DNA of 64,000 nt from Wickerhamiella versatilis. Lineage: Eukaryota. The position numbers and the translations under genes are program-made. Below, piece by piece: positions 40,928 to 50,487 of the stretch (positions are counted from its first letter, which is position 1; each line of letters opens with the position of its first letter). Location of the stretch: NCBI GenBank assembly GCA_030867685.1, contig JAQOWU010000008.1:2294001-2358000 (forward strand). Direction: 5' to 3'. The notes beneath the pieces are model-generated. The model worked only from the letters and a program-made list of their open reading frames with translations, ran no database searches and was not told where the DNA came from.

Positions 40928-42052
40928 ATGGTGGAAGAGAGGCGAATCTGGGTGGATGGGTGCTTCGATTTCGCCCATCACGGTCACGCAGGAGCCCTAC
41001 ATCAGGCACGGAAATTGGGAAATGAGCTTTATGTTGGTGTCCATAGTGACGAGGAGATCGCTGCCAATAAAGGTCCTGTAGTTATACACATGAAGGAGAG
41101 GCTGATGGCCGTGCAGGGGTGTAGATGGACTACTAAAGTTATACCCAATGCTCCTTATGTTACAGATCCTAAGGTTATGGATGAATATGGCTGCCAGTAT
41201 GTAGCACATGGAGACGATATCACGCGGGACGCTGCTGGAAACGATTGCTACAGTGAGGTGAAAGAAATGGGCAGATTTTTGGAATTTAAGAGGACGCCCA
41301 ATATTTCTACGACAGATCTAATTCAAAGAATGCTTTCACTTTTCAAGGCACATCATCTGCCCTCACTTAGCTCGGCTGACTCTGGTCATTTCCTTCTCAG
41401 CCCCAGCGCTATCGAAAGGTTCAGAGGATATGCTACCGCTGAAGACGCGGTGAGCCCTCATGCCTTCGTGTTGACCATTATGGACCTCGGCACTTTAAGA
41501 ACACTCGTGCCTCCTTCGCAAACAGTTGCTGAGAAACTTGCCAAGAAGGTATTTTACGTTGATGGGAGTTTTGACCTCTTTTATGCAGGACACATTGAAT
41601 TCCTCGCAAAAGTCAGAAAAATCGCTGATGAAGTGGGTGCTGTGGTGGTAGCTGGTATAGCGTCCGATAGTGTCACCAACCAAGCCCGTGGTGACAATTA
41701 CCCTATAATGAATATATTTGAACGGGGGTTGTGTGTACTGCAATGCCGGTATGTTGATGGAATAATCCTGAATGCACCGTACGCGGTCACCAAAGGGTAT
41801 TTGGATCTTTTACGTCGAAAAACTTCAATAAATGTGACAAAAGTATTTAAGGGAACGGCGCCTATCCTGTCGGAGAGGGGAGCGCACATCGATCAGCAAG
41901 ATCCCTACGTCGAAATGAAAGAGTTGGGTATTTTTGAGAAAGTGCCGCCAGGCGAATTTTCAAATATGCGAGCAGAAACAATTGTAGAAAGGGTAATGTC
42001 TCATCGTAGAATATATGAGGAACGCCAAAAGCGCAAAGGTGTAGTTTGTTAA
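40928..42052 (+). CDS. ECT1: Ethanolamine-phosphate cytidylyltransferase
   Basis: Two CTP-transferase domains: DGCFDFAHHGH, RTPNISTT, DGSFDLFYAGH. Confidence 0.93.
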   Translation: MVEERRIWVDGCFDFAHHGHAGALHQARKLGNELYVGVHSDEEIAANKGPVVIHMKERLMAVQGCRWTTKVIPNAPYVTDPKVMDEYGCQYVAHGDDITRDAAGNDCYSEVKEMGRFLEFKRTPNISTTDLIQRMLSLFKAHHLPSLSSADSGHFLLSPSAIERFRGYATAEDAVSPHAFVLTIMDLGTLRTLVPPSQTVAEKLAKKVFYVDGSFDLFYAGHIEFLAKVRKIADEVGAVVVAGIASDSVTNQARGDNYPIMNIFERGLCVLQCRYVDGIILNAPYAVTKGYLDLLRRKTSINVTKVFKGTAPILSERGAHIDQQDPYVEMKELGIFEKVPPGEFSNMRAETIVERVMSHRRIYEERQKRKGVVC

Positions 42053-42139
42053 AGTAACGTCTAATAACTCTATAAGATAGCAAAGAACTAATTTCTGAAT
42101 ATAGCCATAAGGTGAGTTGTGTTACATGATTATTCATCA

Positions 42140-43288
42140 ATGTCAGATCACGACAAGAAGGAGTTGGGACGCTCCAGCGAAGAGATTCCCTCGGCTGGCA
42201 GTGCTCATCTGCCTCATGTGCCTTCACAAATTAGTATACCAGCGTCTCGCAAAAACTCCATTCTTGTTAGTGATAACAAACAGCCCGCTGTGAACGCACA
42301 CCCGCATTTCATAGGAATAGGTCCTGATGCAGCTGAACACACCAGTACACGTCCTATAGAACGTGTTCGTTCTGTTGAGGTATCACCTGCCACCAGTGCC
42401 AGGTCACAGAATACCGATAATTCGACCAGGGCGCCAATGATGCCCCAGCTTGCTGCTGTCGCGGGCCTCACCAGACAAACAAACTCCCAGAAGAATTTGC
42501 CACTTTCTAATGATACACCAACGCCATCTAGGTCTGCGCTGAAACAGCCGAGCCACCCAAGGATCCCACAAGATGATGGGAAAATCCATATTCTGATTGG
42601 TGTTACTGGTTCATTACATGTGAGCTGTGTGCGTCAAATGATAGCGAAGCTGCAGCACATCTATGGTAACCGTGTAGCAATTCAGGTAGTCTTGACCAAG
42701 GCCGCGGAGAAGATCATACCACGACAGGAAATCTCCCCTAAGGTAGTTGTATGGCACGACGAGGATGAGTGGGCTGCATGGAACTCGCGTTCCGACCCCG
42801 TCATCCATATAGAGTTACGTCGCTGGGCCGATATTCTCGTAGTTGCACCCCTGAGTGCAAATACCTTGGGTAAAATCGCGTTAGGCCTGTGCGACAACTT
42901 ACTCACAAATATCATTCGCGCTTGGAACGCTCAATATCCCATTCTAATTGCGCCAGCACTCGTTAGCTATGCTTATGCACACCCCGCGACCAAATGGCAT
43001 TTGAGAACTATCAGTGAAGAGATGAAATGGTTTGAAATCTTGCGACCTACTGAAAAGGTAGCAGGATCCGAGGGCCGTATTGGCATGGGGGGTATGATGG
43101 CATGGAATGAGATTGTCGACAAAATTGTTTTGAAGCTTGGTGGCTATCCAAATGATGATGAGGACGAGGACGAGGAAGGGGAGGGTTCAGGTGCCTCTTC
43201 CTCTGGAGACCTTGACGACGATGACGAGGAGGACGACGATGAAGAGGAAGGTGACGATGGTATTTTCGAGGATGCCAGAGACTCCTAG
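42140..43288 (+). CDS. SIS2: Hal3/Sis2/Vhs3-type PPC decarboxylase subunit and Ppz inhibitor
   Basis: GVTGS, PVIHIELRRWAD, ANTLGKIALGLCDNLLT, acidic tail, no catalytic Cys; first ATG at 42140. Confidence 0.8.
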   Translation: MSDHDKKELGRSSEEIPSAGSAHLPHVPSQISIPASRKNSILVSDNKQPAVNAHPHFIGIGPDAAEHTSTRPIERVRSVEVSPATSARSQNTDNSTRAPMMPQLAAVAGLTRQTNSQKNLPLSNDTPTPSRSALKQPSHPRIPQDDGKIHILIGVTGSLHVSCVRQMIAKLQHIYGNRVAIQVVLTKAAEKIIPRQEISPKVVVWHDEDEWAAWNSRSDPVIHIELRRWADILVVAPLSANTLGKIALGLCDNLLTNIIRAWNAQYPILIAPALVSYAYAHPATKWHLRTISEEMKWFEILRPTEKVAGSEGRIGMGGMMAWNEIVDKIVLKLGGYPNDDEDEDEEGEGSGASSSGDLDDDDEEDDDEEEGDDGIFEDARDS

Positions 43289-43418
43289 AGCGCAGGCGCT
43301 TGTCGTGAGCCTTCAAATACTCTTTAAGCACTCAAAGGCGTAGTCTTCACCGCATTGCACAAATATACCTCTTATTTTTCTAAGCCCACAGACATGATTA
43401 TGAAATTTTATATCTTAC

Positions 43419-44672
43419 TTACACTTCCATTATTTCCGGATTAGGTTCTAGCACTAGCGCTATGTTCAGCATGCGAACCGGGTCAGATGTTAATCTTTTT
43501 AGTAAATCTCGTGCAGTCACAGTTAATTGTCGATGGAAATTCCCTAATTGCAACTCAATGCTTGAAGCAGATTTCAAGGACGCCTTTGAAGAGCGAGATT
43601 TGCGGGTTGGACTACCGACAAGCAAAATGCTGACGCGAAGGTTAGTGGGGAACGCTCTCCATGCCTGCACGCCTTCATCCCATAATTGAGCTTTGAACTG
43701 GGTGAGCAGGGAAGAAACCAATTTATTTATTTCTGGCCCTGGTGTGCGAAGCAAATGGCGGTAAGTATTTTCAACTGAAATCTGCTTTGGTACTGTGTAA
43801 TCCTTCAATGGGGTGACATCAGTGCCGAAACTTAAATCCCAAATATCCGGCATTTCCGAATACGAGCTATTTTTATGCAGCGCTTCCACGGTCACTCCTT
43901 CACCAAATCTCTGTTCGAGCTTTGCTACGGTAGCCTTTCCAAGTCCAGGGATCTCATTTAGGTGTTTGGGATTCAGATAGTCGACCTCGCTACCAGGAAT
44001 TAGAACTGCCACACCATGTGGTTTACCTAGGGAACAAATCATCTTAGCAAGTACTTGTGTCGAAGCTACTCCAATTGTACAAGAATAACCAAGCTCCAAG
44101 TGCATGCGATCCCGAAGATAACACGCAATATGACCAGCGACATAGGCTTCTAAAGAGTCCGTTGTGAAGAAACTAGATTGGTTTGGTGGATAAGTGACAC
44201 CATCGAATTGAAAGAAGAAGTCATCACATTTGAATTTTTCGTTACCCAACTGGAGAACTGGGCCATTGCCAGCTTCATCTAAGAGAGAGCCACACTCTTT
44301 TGTAGCTTGAGCCATCCTTTTCAATCTTGAAGTCAAACTCGCTTGAATTGAAGGATTCAGGTCAAATCGTAATTCCTCCATTCCTCCCCTTTCTACTGTG
44401 CTAGAAACTAAATCTTTCAGCCATCTCCATATAAGAAACCCAGCAGCTTTATATTTAGCCAAACTTTCACCATTGATAAACTCCATTTCAGGAAATCTTT
44501 TACGAACATCACTGATGGTGGACAGTTTTTTCACTCCCAAGCTCCTGGCGGCATAGCTTGGAGAGACAACTACGTGCTTTTGTATGACGCAAAAAGGCTT
44601 ATCTTTAAGCGAACTATTTTCACGTTGCTCCACGGCACAGTAAAATGCGTCAATATCCACCGCCAGGAACAT
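43419..44672 (-). CDS. Y-family DNA polymerase (fungal iota/eta-like)
   Basis: DIDAFY, SYAAR, GVA...LAKM...KP, IPGLG helix-hairpin-helix, PKQISVE. Confidence 0.82.
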   Translation of the reverse strand: MFLAVDIDAFYCAVEQRENSSLKDKPFCVIQKHVVVSPSYAARSLGVKKLSTISDVRKRFPEMEFINGESLAKYKAAGFLIWRWLKDLVSSTVERGGMEELRFDLNPSIQASLTSRLKRMAQATKECGSLLDEAGNGPVLQLGNEKFKCDDFFFQFDGVTYPPNQSSFFTTDSLEAYVAGHIACYLRDRMHLELGYSCTIGVASTQVLAKMICSLGKPHGVAVLIPGSEVDYLNPKHLNEIPGLGKATVAKLEQRFGEGVTVEALHKNSSYSEMPDIWDLSFGTDVTPLKDYTVPKQISVENTYRHLLRTPGPEINKLVSSLLTQFKAQLWDEGVQAWRAFPTNLRVSILLVGSPTRKSRSSKASLKSASSIELQLGNFHRQLTVTARDLLKRLTSDPVRMLNIALVLEPNPEIMEV

Positions 44673-44715
44673 TCATATTGGATTACTCACCTCTTACAGA
44701 GGAGGACTCAGGTAA

Positions 44716-47700
44716 ATGGACAGTGATGGCTACTATGCGGAGCCAGCGGCAGATGAAATCTTTTCTGGACCGACACATGAATTAGTGCCATCTTCAGTTT
44801 CCTCATTTCATCACTATCGCGCCCATAGTTTTGGGAGACGGCGTTCGTCATCGATAAGCCGGGCCTCTGTGCCTCTCTCAGAGTATGAGCAGCGTTCTGA
44901 GGATGAACCTGGTTCTGCGGAGTTTGACGGGTTCCGCTTTTTTTCAAGAGATGAAGTTGAGAATGTCGAAGCTGCTTCCACAATCGGTGGTGATCATGAA
45001 TCATTCGAGAATGAATCGCAGCTTCACAGACCTCCTCTACACTTGCCTCATACCTTTGATTATGGCGCTTCGAGCGATGAGGGTGTAGATTTAGGAGATG
45101 AGCAGGATTTCGAGTATCCCAGCGAGCGCATGAAGCAGGGTTACTATATCGCAGAAGAAGATATGAGAATTGTTGCTGCTGGGTACTGCAAGGTGCAGTG
45201 GAGAATCTTTGCTTATTATGTGTTTTGCTGCATTACATTTGGACTCGGTTATATTTTGCTTTCCTGGTTCCCAAGGTTCAGGCTTCGCCTAATTGCCAGA
45301 GAGTCCACTCTTGGATCCTGCGATAGTGTTGTTGTTGAGAACCAGTGGGGTGAACTTGAGATAGTAGATGTTCATTGTGAGCTCTACGGTCAAAATCTTA
45401 GCACTATTTTTAATGTCGATCCCCCTGAGAGGCATCCATCCGAAAGGGATTATGTAGACGAAGACCCGCTTGTGCCAGTGCTCAGGTTGCTCAATTATCG
45501 CTACATCAGGTTCATTTACAACCCCGTTAAGGATATGTTCATGACGAATAGTGACTGGAAGAACTACTCTTGGGGATCTCGGGCTACTGCCGAGGAAGGC
45601 CTTGATTCCGAGACCCAGGCGCATAGGGAGCAGGTTTTCGGCAAGAACAACTTGGAAATTCGCCAGCCAAGTATATTCAGACTACTGCATGATGAGGTGA
45701 TACATCCATTTTATATATTTCAGGTCTTTTCTATTATTTTGTGGGCCTACGATGATTATATGTATTATGCATCTGCTATTTTCATTATCAGTGTCTTCTC
45801 TGTTGCGGAAGCACTATCCGAGACTAGGAAAGGAATGAAGAGACTTGCGGAGATTGCAAATGAGGAGTGTGAACTTAAGGTCTTACGATCCGGATTCTGG
45901 AAAACAATCCCCAGCTCAGAAGTCGTTCCGGGAGACGTATATGAACTTAGCGATCCCAACCTAGATCTTCTCCCCTGTGATAGTTTACTTCTTGCAGGTG
46001 ATGCTATAGTAAATGAGTCGATTTTAACTGGGGAAAGTGTTCCTGTATCGAAGGTACCTGCCAGTGATGCTGCTTTGGCTCATATGGTGGCTGAGGGTCT
46101 CGACGTTGTCCAACGCTCTCTCCTTTATGCTGGTACTAAGATTATTCGGGTTAGAAAGCCTGGTGGGGATGATGGGGGATTCAAGGCTGCATTAGGCATG
46201 GCTGTACACACAGGATTTTTAACCACTAAAGGAGCTCTGCTTCGCTCTATGATGTTTCCCAGGCCCAATGGTTTTAAATTCTATCGTGATTCCTTCCGCT
46301 ATATTAGTGTTATGGCGTTAATTGCTTTTTTTGGATTCGTGATTTCCGCTGTGAATTTCCGGCGAATGGGATTACCTACATCGCTCATAGTGGTGAGAGC
46401 TCTTGATCTTATAACAATTGTGGTTCCACCTGCACTCCCCGCTACACTTACGATCGGTACTAACATTGCTTTGAGCAGACTGCGCAAACGCGGCATCTTC
46501 TGTATCACACCTTCTCGAGTAAACGTGGGAGGCCGCGTAGATGCAATGTGTTTCGATAAGACAGGGACCCTTACCGAAGAAGGTCTGGACGTACTGGGCG
46601 CTCATCTTTGTTCGGATAGGCGTTTTAGTCCACTTATTCGAAAACCAGAGAATATTCCACCTGGCCCTTTTGAAGATACACTGGCTACGTGCCATGAGCT
46701 GCGCGTTGTTGATGGTGAACCCATGGGGGATCCACTTGATGCTAAAATGTTCGACTTCATCGGGTGGTTTTTCGACGAAAAGCCTGAATTTAGGCATTTT
46801 TCACCTCCTGAAAGGGGAGAAAGAGATGTTATGGTTGTAAAGCAGTTTGAGTTTGTACCACAGTTGCGTAGAATGAGTGTAGTGGCATCGGGGTCTGCAC
46901 GTGGACCATGTGTTTTTGCTAAGGGAGCGCCAGAAGTTATGCGTGACATCTGCAAGCCTGAGTCTTTCCCTGCAAGCTTTGACGACCTTCTTTATCAGTA
47001 TACTCATCGTGGATATCGAGTCATTGCTTGTGCATGGAGGAACCTTCAAAACTTAAGCGATTATACTCGTGAACAAGTAGAGTGTGACCTTGAATTCTGT
47101 GGGCTTATAATTTTCGAAAACAAATTAAAACCACAGAGCGCACCGGTGATCCGTACTTTGAGAAATGCTGGAATAGGGACCATTATGTGTACTGGCGATA
47201 ACGTTTTAACCGGAATAAGTGTGGCTCGGGAAGCGGATATAATCTCCCCAAACCAGTTAGTTTTCGCAGCTCATCTGGAGACACAACAGCCGCAAAAGCT
47301 TGTCTGGGAGTGCATGGATAATCCTTCAATGAAGTTATCACCACAACTTTTTGATTCTGGGTCTTTTTCGTCGTATACCCTGGCGGTTACCGGTGAGATT
47401 TTCTCACATATCGTGGAACATTGCTCTACAGAAGAATTAGAGCATATGCTCACAAAAGGCTCCGTATATGCAAGAATGTCACCCGATGAAAAGCACGAGC
47501 TTGTCACCAGGCTTCAGCATCTAGAGCGCACAGTAGGATTTTGTGGGGATGGTGCAAATGACTGTGGTGCTTTGAAGGAGGCGGATGTAGGGATCAGCCT
47601 CAGTGAGGCTGAAGCCAGTGTTGCCGCACCATTTACGTCCAGACGATTTGATATTTCGTGTGTTATTGATGTACTGACAGAAGGTCGCTGTTCGCTTGTC

Positions 47701-48447
47701 ACGAGCTTTAGTTGTTTCAAGTACATGTCTCTTTATTCGGCTATTCAGTTCATAACAGTGACAATACTCTATAGCTATGGCTCGAATATCGGTGATTTCC
47801 AGTTCTTGTGGATTGATCTATTCCTTATAGTGCCCATTGCCGTTTTTATGGCTTGGAGTGAGCCTTCACCTAATCTATGCCGCAGGAGACCTGGGGCAGA
47901 GCTTGTCAGTCGTAATGTACTAGTGCCTTTGGTAGGCTCAATGGCTATATTCCTTATATTCCAGGTAATTATATGGCTATACGCCCATCGCCAGCCATGG
48001 TTCATTCCTCCAGACTTCGGTAATGACGATAATCTGAAGAGCACAGATAATACCGCGCTATTTGATATTTCCTCCTTCCAATACATTTTTGCAGGATGGT
48101 TTTTGTGCGAAGGTCCACCTTTTCGAAAGCCAGTTCTAACGAATTTGCCTTTTCTTGCAACGATGCTTATCACAATAATCATGACCCTTGTCTTTGTGTT
48201 CATAAATCCAGATACTAGACTTGGGAATTTAATGGACATGTCACCTGTTTCCACAACATTCCGTATTGTTGTGCTTATTATGGCAGCTGTTAATTTTGGC
48301 GCGCTTTGGGCTGCGGACGCATATCTTTTTAAGCATATATGCTCAGGTATTAAGTCTTTACGACGCGGTCTTCGTATACCCGATAAGCTGCCGAGGTATA
48401 AGGAGCTTCAACACGCATTCTCTGCACAAGAGAGACAGTCCGTATAA
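44716..48447 (+). CDS. YPK9: P5B-type ATPase Ypk9 (ATP13A2-like)
   Basis: TGES, PPALP, DKTGTLT, KGAPE, TGDN, GDGAND. Confidence 0.93.
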   Translation: MDSDGYYAEPAADEIFSGPTHELVPSSVSSFHHYRAHSFGRRRSSSISRASVPLSEYEQRSEDEPGSAEFDGFRFFSRDEVENVEAASTIGGDHESFENESQLHRPPLHLPHTFDYGASSDEGVDLGDEQDFEYPSERMKQGYYIAEEDMRIVAAGYCKVQWRIFAYYVFCCITFGLGYILLSWFPRFRLRLIARESTLGSCDSVVVENQWGELEIVDVHCELYGQNLSTIFNVDPPERHPSERDYVDEDPLVPVLRLLNYRYIRFIYNPVKDMFMTNSDWKNYSWGSRATAEEGLDSETQAHREQVFGKNNLEIRQPSIFRLLHDEVIHPFYIFQVFSIILWAYDDYMYYASAIFIISVFSVAEALSETRKGMKRLAEIANEECELKVLRSGFWKTIPSSEVVPGDVYELSDPNLDLLPCDSLLLAGDAIVNESILTGESVPVSKVPASDAALAHMVAEGLDVVQRSLLYAGTKIIRVRKPGGDDGGFKAALGMAVHTGFLTTKGALLRSMMFPRPNGFKFYRDSFRYISVMALIAFFGFVISAVNFRRMGLPTSLIVVRALDLITIVVPPALPATLTIGTNIALSRLRKRGIFCITPSRVNVGGRVDAMCFDKTGTLTEEGLDVLGAHLCSDRRFSPLIRKPENIPPGPFEDTLATCHELRVVDGEPMGDPLDAKMFDFIGWFFDEKPEFRHFSPPERGERDVMVVKQFEFVPQLRRMSVVASGSARGPCVFAKGAPEVMRDICKPESFPASFDDLLYQYTHRGYRVIACAWRNLQNLSDYTREQVECDLEFCGLIIFENKLKPQSAPVIRTLRNAGIGTIMCTGDNVLTGISVAREADIISPNQLVFAAHLETQQPQKLVWECMDNPSMKLSPQLFDSGSFSSYTLAVTGEIFSHIVEHCSTEELEHMLTKGSVYARMSPDEKHELVTRLQHLERTVGFCGDGANDCGALKEADVGISLSEAEASVAAPFTSRRFDISCVIDVLTEGRCSLVTSFSCFKYMSLYSAIQFITVTILYSYGSNIGDFQFLWIDLFLIVPIAVFMAWSEPSPNLCRRRPGAELVSRNVLVPLVGSMAIFLIFQVIIWLYAHRQPWFIPPDFGNDDNLKSTDNTALFDISSFQYIFAGWFLCEGPPFRKPVLTNLPFLATMLITIIMTLVFVFINPDTRLGNLMDMSPVSTTFRIVVLIMAAVNFGALWAADAYLFKHICSGIKSLRRGLRIPDKLPRYKELQHAFSAQERQSV

Positions 48448-48769
48448 AGAAGTGTTTCGTTTTCCTGTGGAGGAGAATGGCATCCATCAATATCTTCCAC
48501 TGCACAGAACAGAATTTTAAGCTTAAATGACCTTGTAAATATTTAATTTCTACAGTGAAAGTAGCGGGATCCCTACCATGTTTCTGGTCCTAATTTCAGA
48601 CCATTGTTGACGTTACCGAACTTCTCTTACCTGACCATTTAGGCCTGATCACGGTAGCCTGCCGCACTCCGGTACTAACCACAACGAAACTTGGCTGATC
48701 ATTTATCGAGTAGAAAAAATCAAATGTAGAGCCTTGAATCTGAGCAGACCACTTGACAGCGTCTCTAGC

Positions 48770-48961
48770 CTAGTGGTGTCCCTCCCATGGCTTCCTCCAT
48801 CCCAACAAAACTGGGCCATCCTCCCGAAGACGATAGAATACCCAGAACCACATAGTGGCACCTAGGCCCTTTGCGAGCAGACGATGTCCAAGTGGAATCT
48901 TTGGGAAAGGAACAGGTCCTGCCCGAGCCGAATAATGAGGTCCGTGGTGTCCTCCAGACAT
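48770..48961 (-). CDS. NDUFB2: Complex I accessory subunit NDUFB2 (AGGG/NIGM)
   Basis: LGATMWFWVFYR...DGPVLLGWRKPW; ATG at 48961. Confidence 0.88.
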   Translation of the reverse strand: MSGGHHGPHYSARAGPVPFPKIPLGHRLLAKGLGATMWFWVFYRLREDGPVLLGWRKPWEGHH

Positions 48962-49084
48962 AAGATATATGATATGAGTAATCAAACTTCAGATGCCGAC
49001 CAATGACGAGCTCTAAGATATATAGTACAAAGAACACTGTAAATCTGGGAAAAAAAAGCTAAAACCCTATTATATATGGTATAC

Positions 49085-49654
49085 TTAGGTAGACCGTGCC
49101 CGCGAAACAGGCTGTGGGGGCGGAGGATGCCCGTAACCAGCCATAAAGCTCTGCGGAGCAGGCATGAAAGGCATTCCCATAGGTGGCGGGAAGCCATACT
49201 GAGGATAAATAGGAGCCGGCATTGGGGCCATGTACTGTTGGCCATTATAAGGGGGTGGATACGGCTGACAACCCAGAACCATATTTGGTCCTGGACTCTG
49301 GCCTGGTGCTAGCGGCATGCCTGGGCCGTGGCCCGACATCGCAACTGGCTGCCTGTGTGGTGGAGACCCAAGGGTCGAGCCATTGGCAAAGGAAGGCCGC
49401 GGGAGTGATGACGTTGCTGGGGAGCTATGGAAGCTGCTGCCACTGTAGGTGTTTGATTCTACAGACGGTGGCGAGGACACATTTGATGGTTTCGTTACAA
49501 CTGGTGACCTTTTTGCGGTTCCATTCCCCGAGTTGCTTTGATTCTCGTTAGGCGGCACGTGGCCCTTGTTCTTCTTAAGATGCTTGTGGGGAGGTTTGCG
49601 CTTGGAAGTCCGCTCACCACCTCCATTGTTGTTTCTGTTACTTGTGCTCATCAT
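49085..49654 (-). CDS. Disordered proline-rich protein with a PNRC/Edc1-type decapping-activator motif
   Basis: YSGSSFHSSP...LPRPSF matches the YAGxxF...LPxP motif. Confidence 0.65.
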   Translation of the reverse strand: MMSTSNRNNNGGGERTSKRKPPHKHLKKNKGHVPPNENQSNSGNGTAKRSPVVTKPSNVSSPPSVESNTYSGSSFHSSPATSSLPRPSFANGSTLGSPPHRQPVAMSGHGPGMPLAPGQSPGPNMVLGCQPYPPPYNGQQYMAPMPAPIYPQYGFPPPMGMPFMPAPQSFMAGYGHPPPPQPVSRARST

Positions 49655-49807
49655 AAACTTTCAATTATCTTCGATTACTTTGAAATAGACTCTGTATTCG
49701 TTGATAATCCGGGCTTTCATCCATAGAAGTGTATGCAAGTTGGAGAGATAGCTGCTGACATAACATCCCAAAGAGCTGGTCCGGGTGAACCCTAAGCCTA
49801 ACACAAA

Positions 49808-50362
49808 ATGGTACTCCATAACTCGAAGTGGGACCGTAGGGCGAAGGCTCGTTATCTCAAGAAGCACGGCCTTCAGAATACACCAGATAATCAAACACCG
49901 ACAGAGGATGTTCAATTAAATGACACACATACTTCTGAAACGTCCGAAGCACCTGATGGGTCCGAGGGAGAGTCGGCAGAAGACGTGACTATACTTCCCT
50001 TGTATCCTGCAATAGACGAGCAGGATCCGGAGGAAAAAAAACTCATATACTCCCACTTTGCTGCCCAGAAACCGCGTTCTCAGCCTGGCCTTAAGTCACA
50101 CATGATTTCCACGAACTCACTCTCATTTGATGAAGTCAGTGCAGATGTAGATAGGTCAAAGTTGGACCGTGAGGTTTCCCGAAAACTTGGAAAGCGATCT
50201 AATCAGGTGAGCATAGAAGAGGATGATGACTTTGAGGCTTTCATGAATATTCCTTTCGAACAGAGACCTGAAGACGACGGTCAACATGGATCCGCAGCAC
50301 CTAAGCCCATGGATGACGTCGACAAAGATAAACAGGCATTTTTAGATAATTTGTTACGCTAG
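49808..50362 (+). CDS. Uncharacterised protein, basic N-terminus and acidic body
   Basis: 184-aa ATG ORF; MVLHNSKWDRRAK...YLKKHG start and FLDNLL end look like conserved termini. Confidence 0.7.
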   Translation: MVLHNSKWDRRAKARYLKKHGLQNTPDNQTPTEDVQLNDTHTSETSEAPDGSEGESAEDVTILPLYPAIDEQDPEEKKLIYSHFAAQKPRSQPGLKSHMISTNSLSFDEVSADVDRSKLDREVSRKLGKRSNQVSIEEDDDFEAFMNIPFEQRPEDDGQHGSAAPKPMDDVDKDKQAFLDNLLR

Positions 50363-50487
50363 ATGAAAACTTACGATTAATTAATGACTTGGAAATACTT
50401 GATTTCTCCTCTCTCAATGCTCAAAAGAGATTTAATCTAAAATATACGGGTTAGGGCTCAGAAGTGATTTCTAGCGAAATTTCTAAA

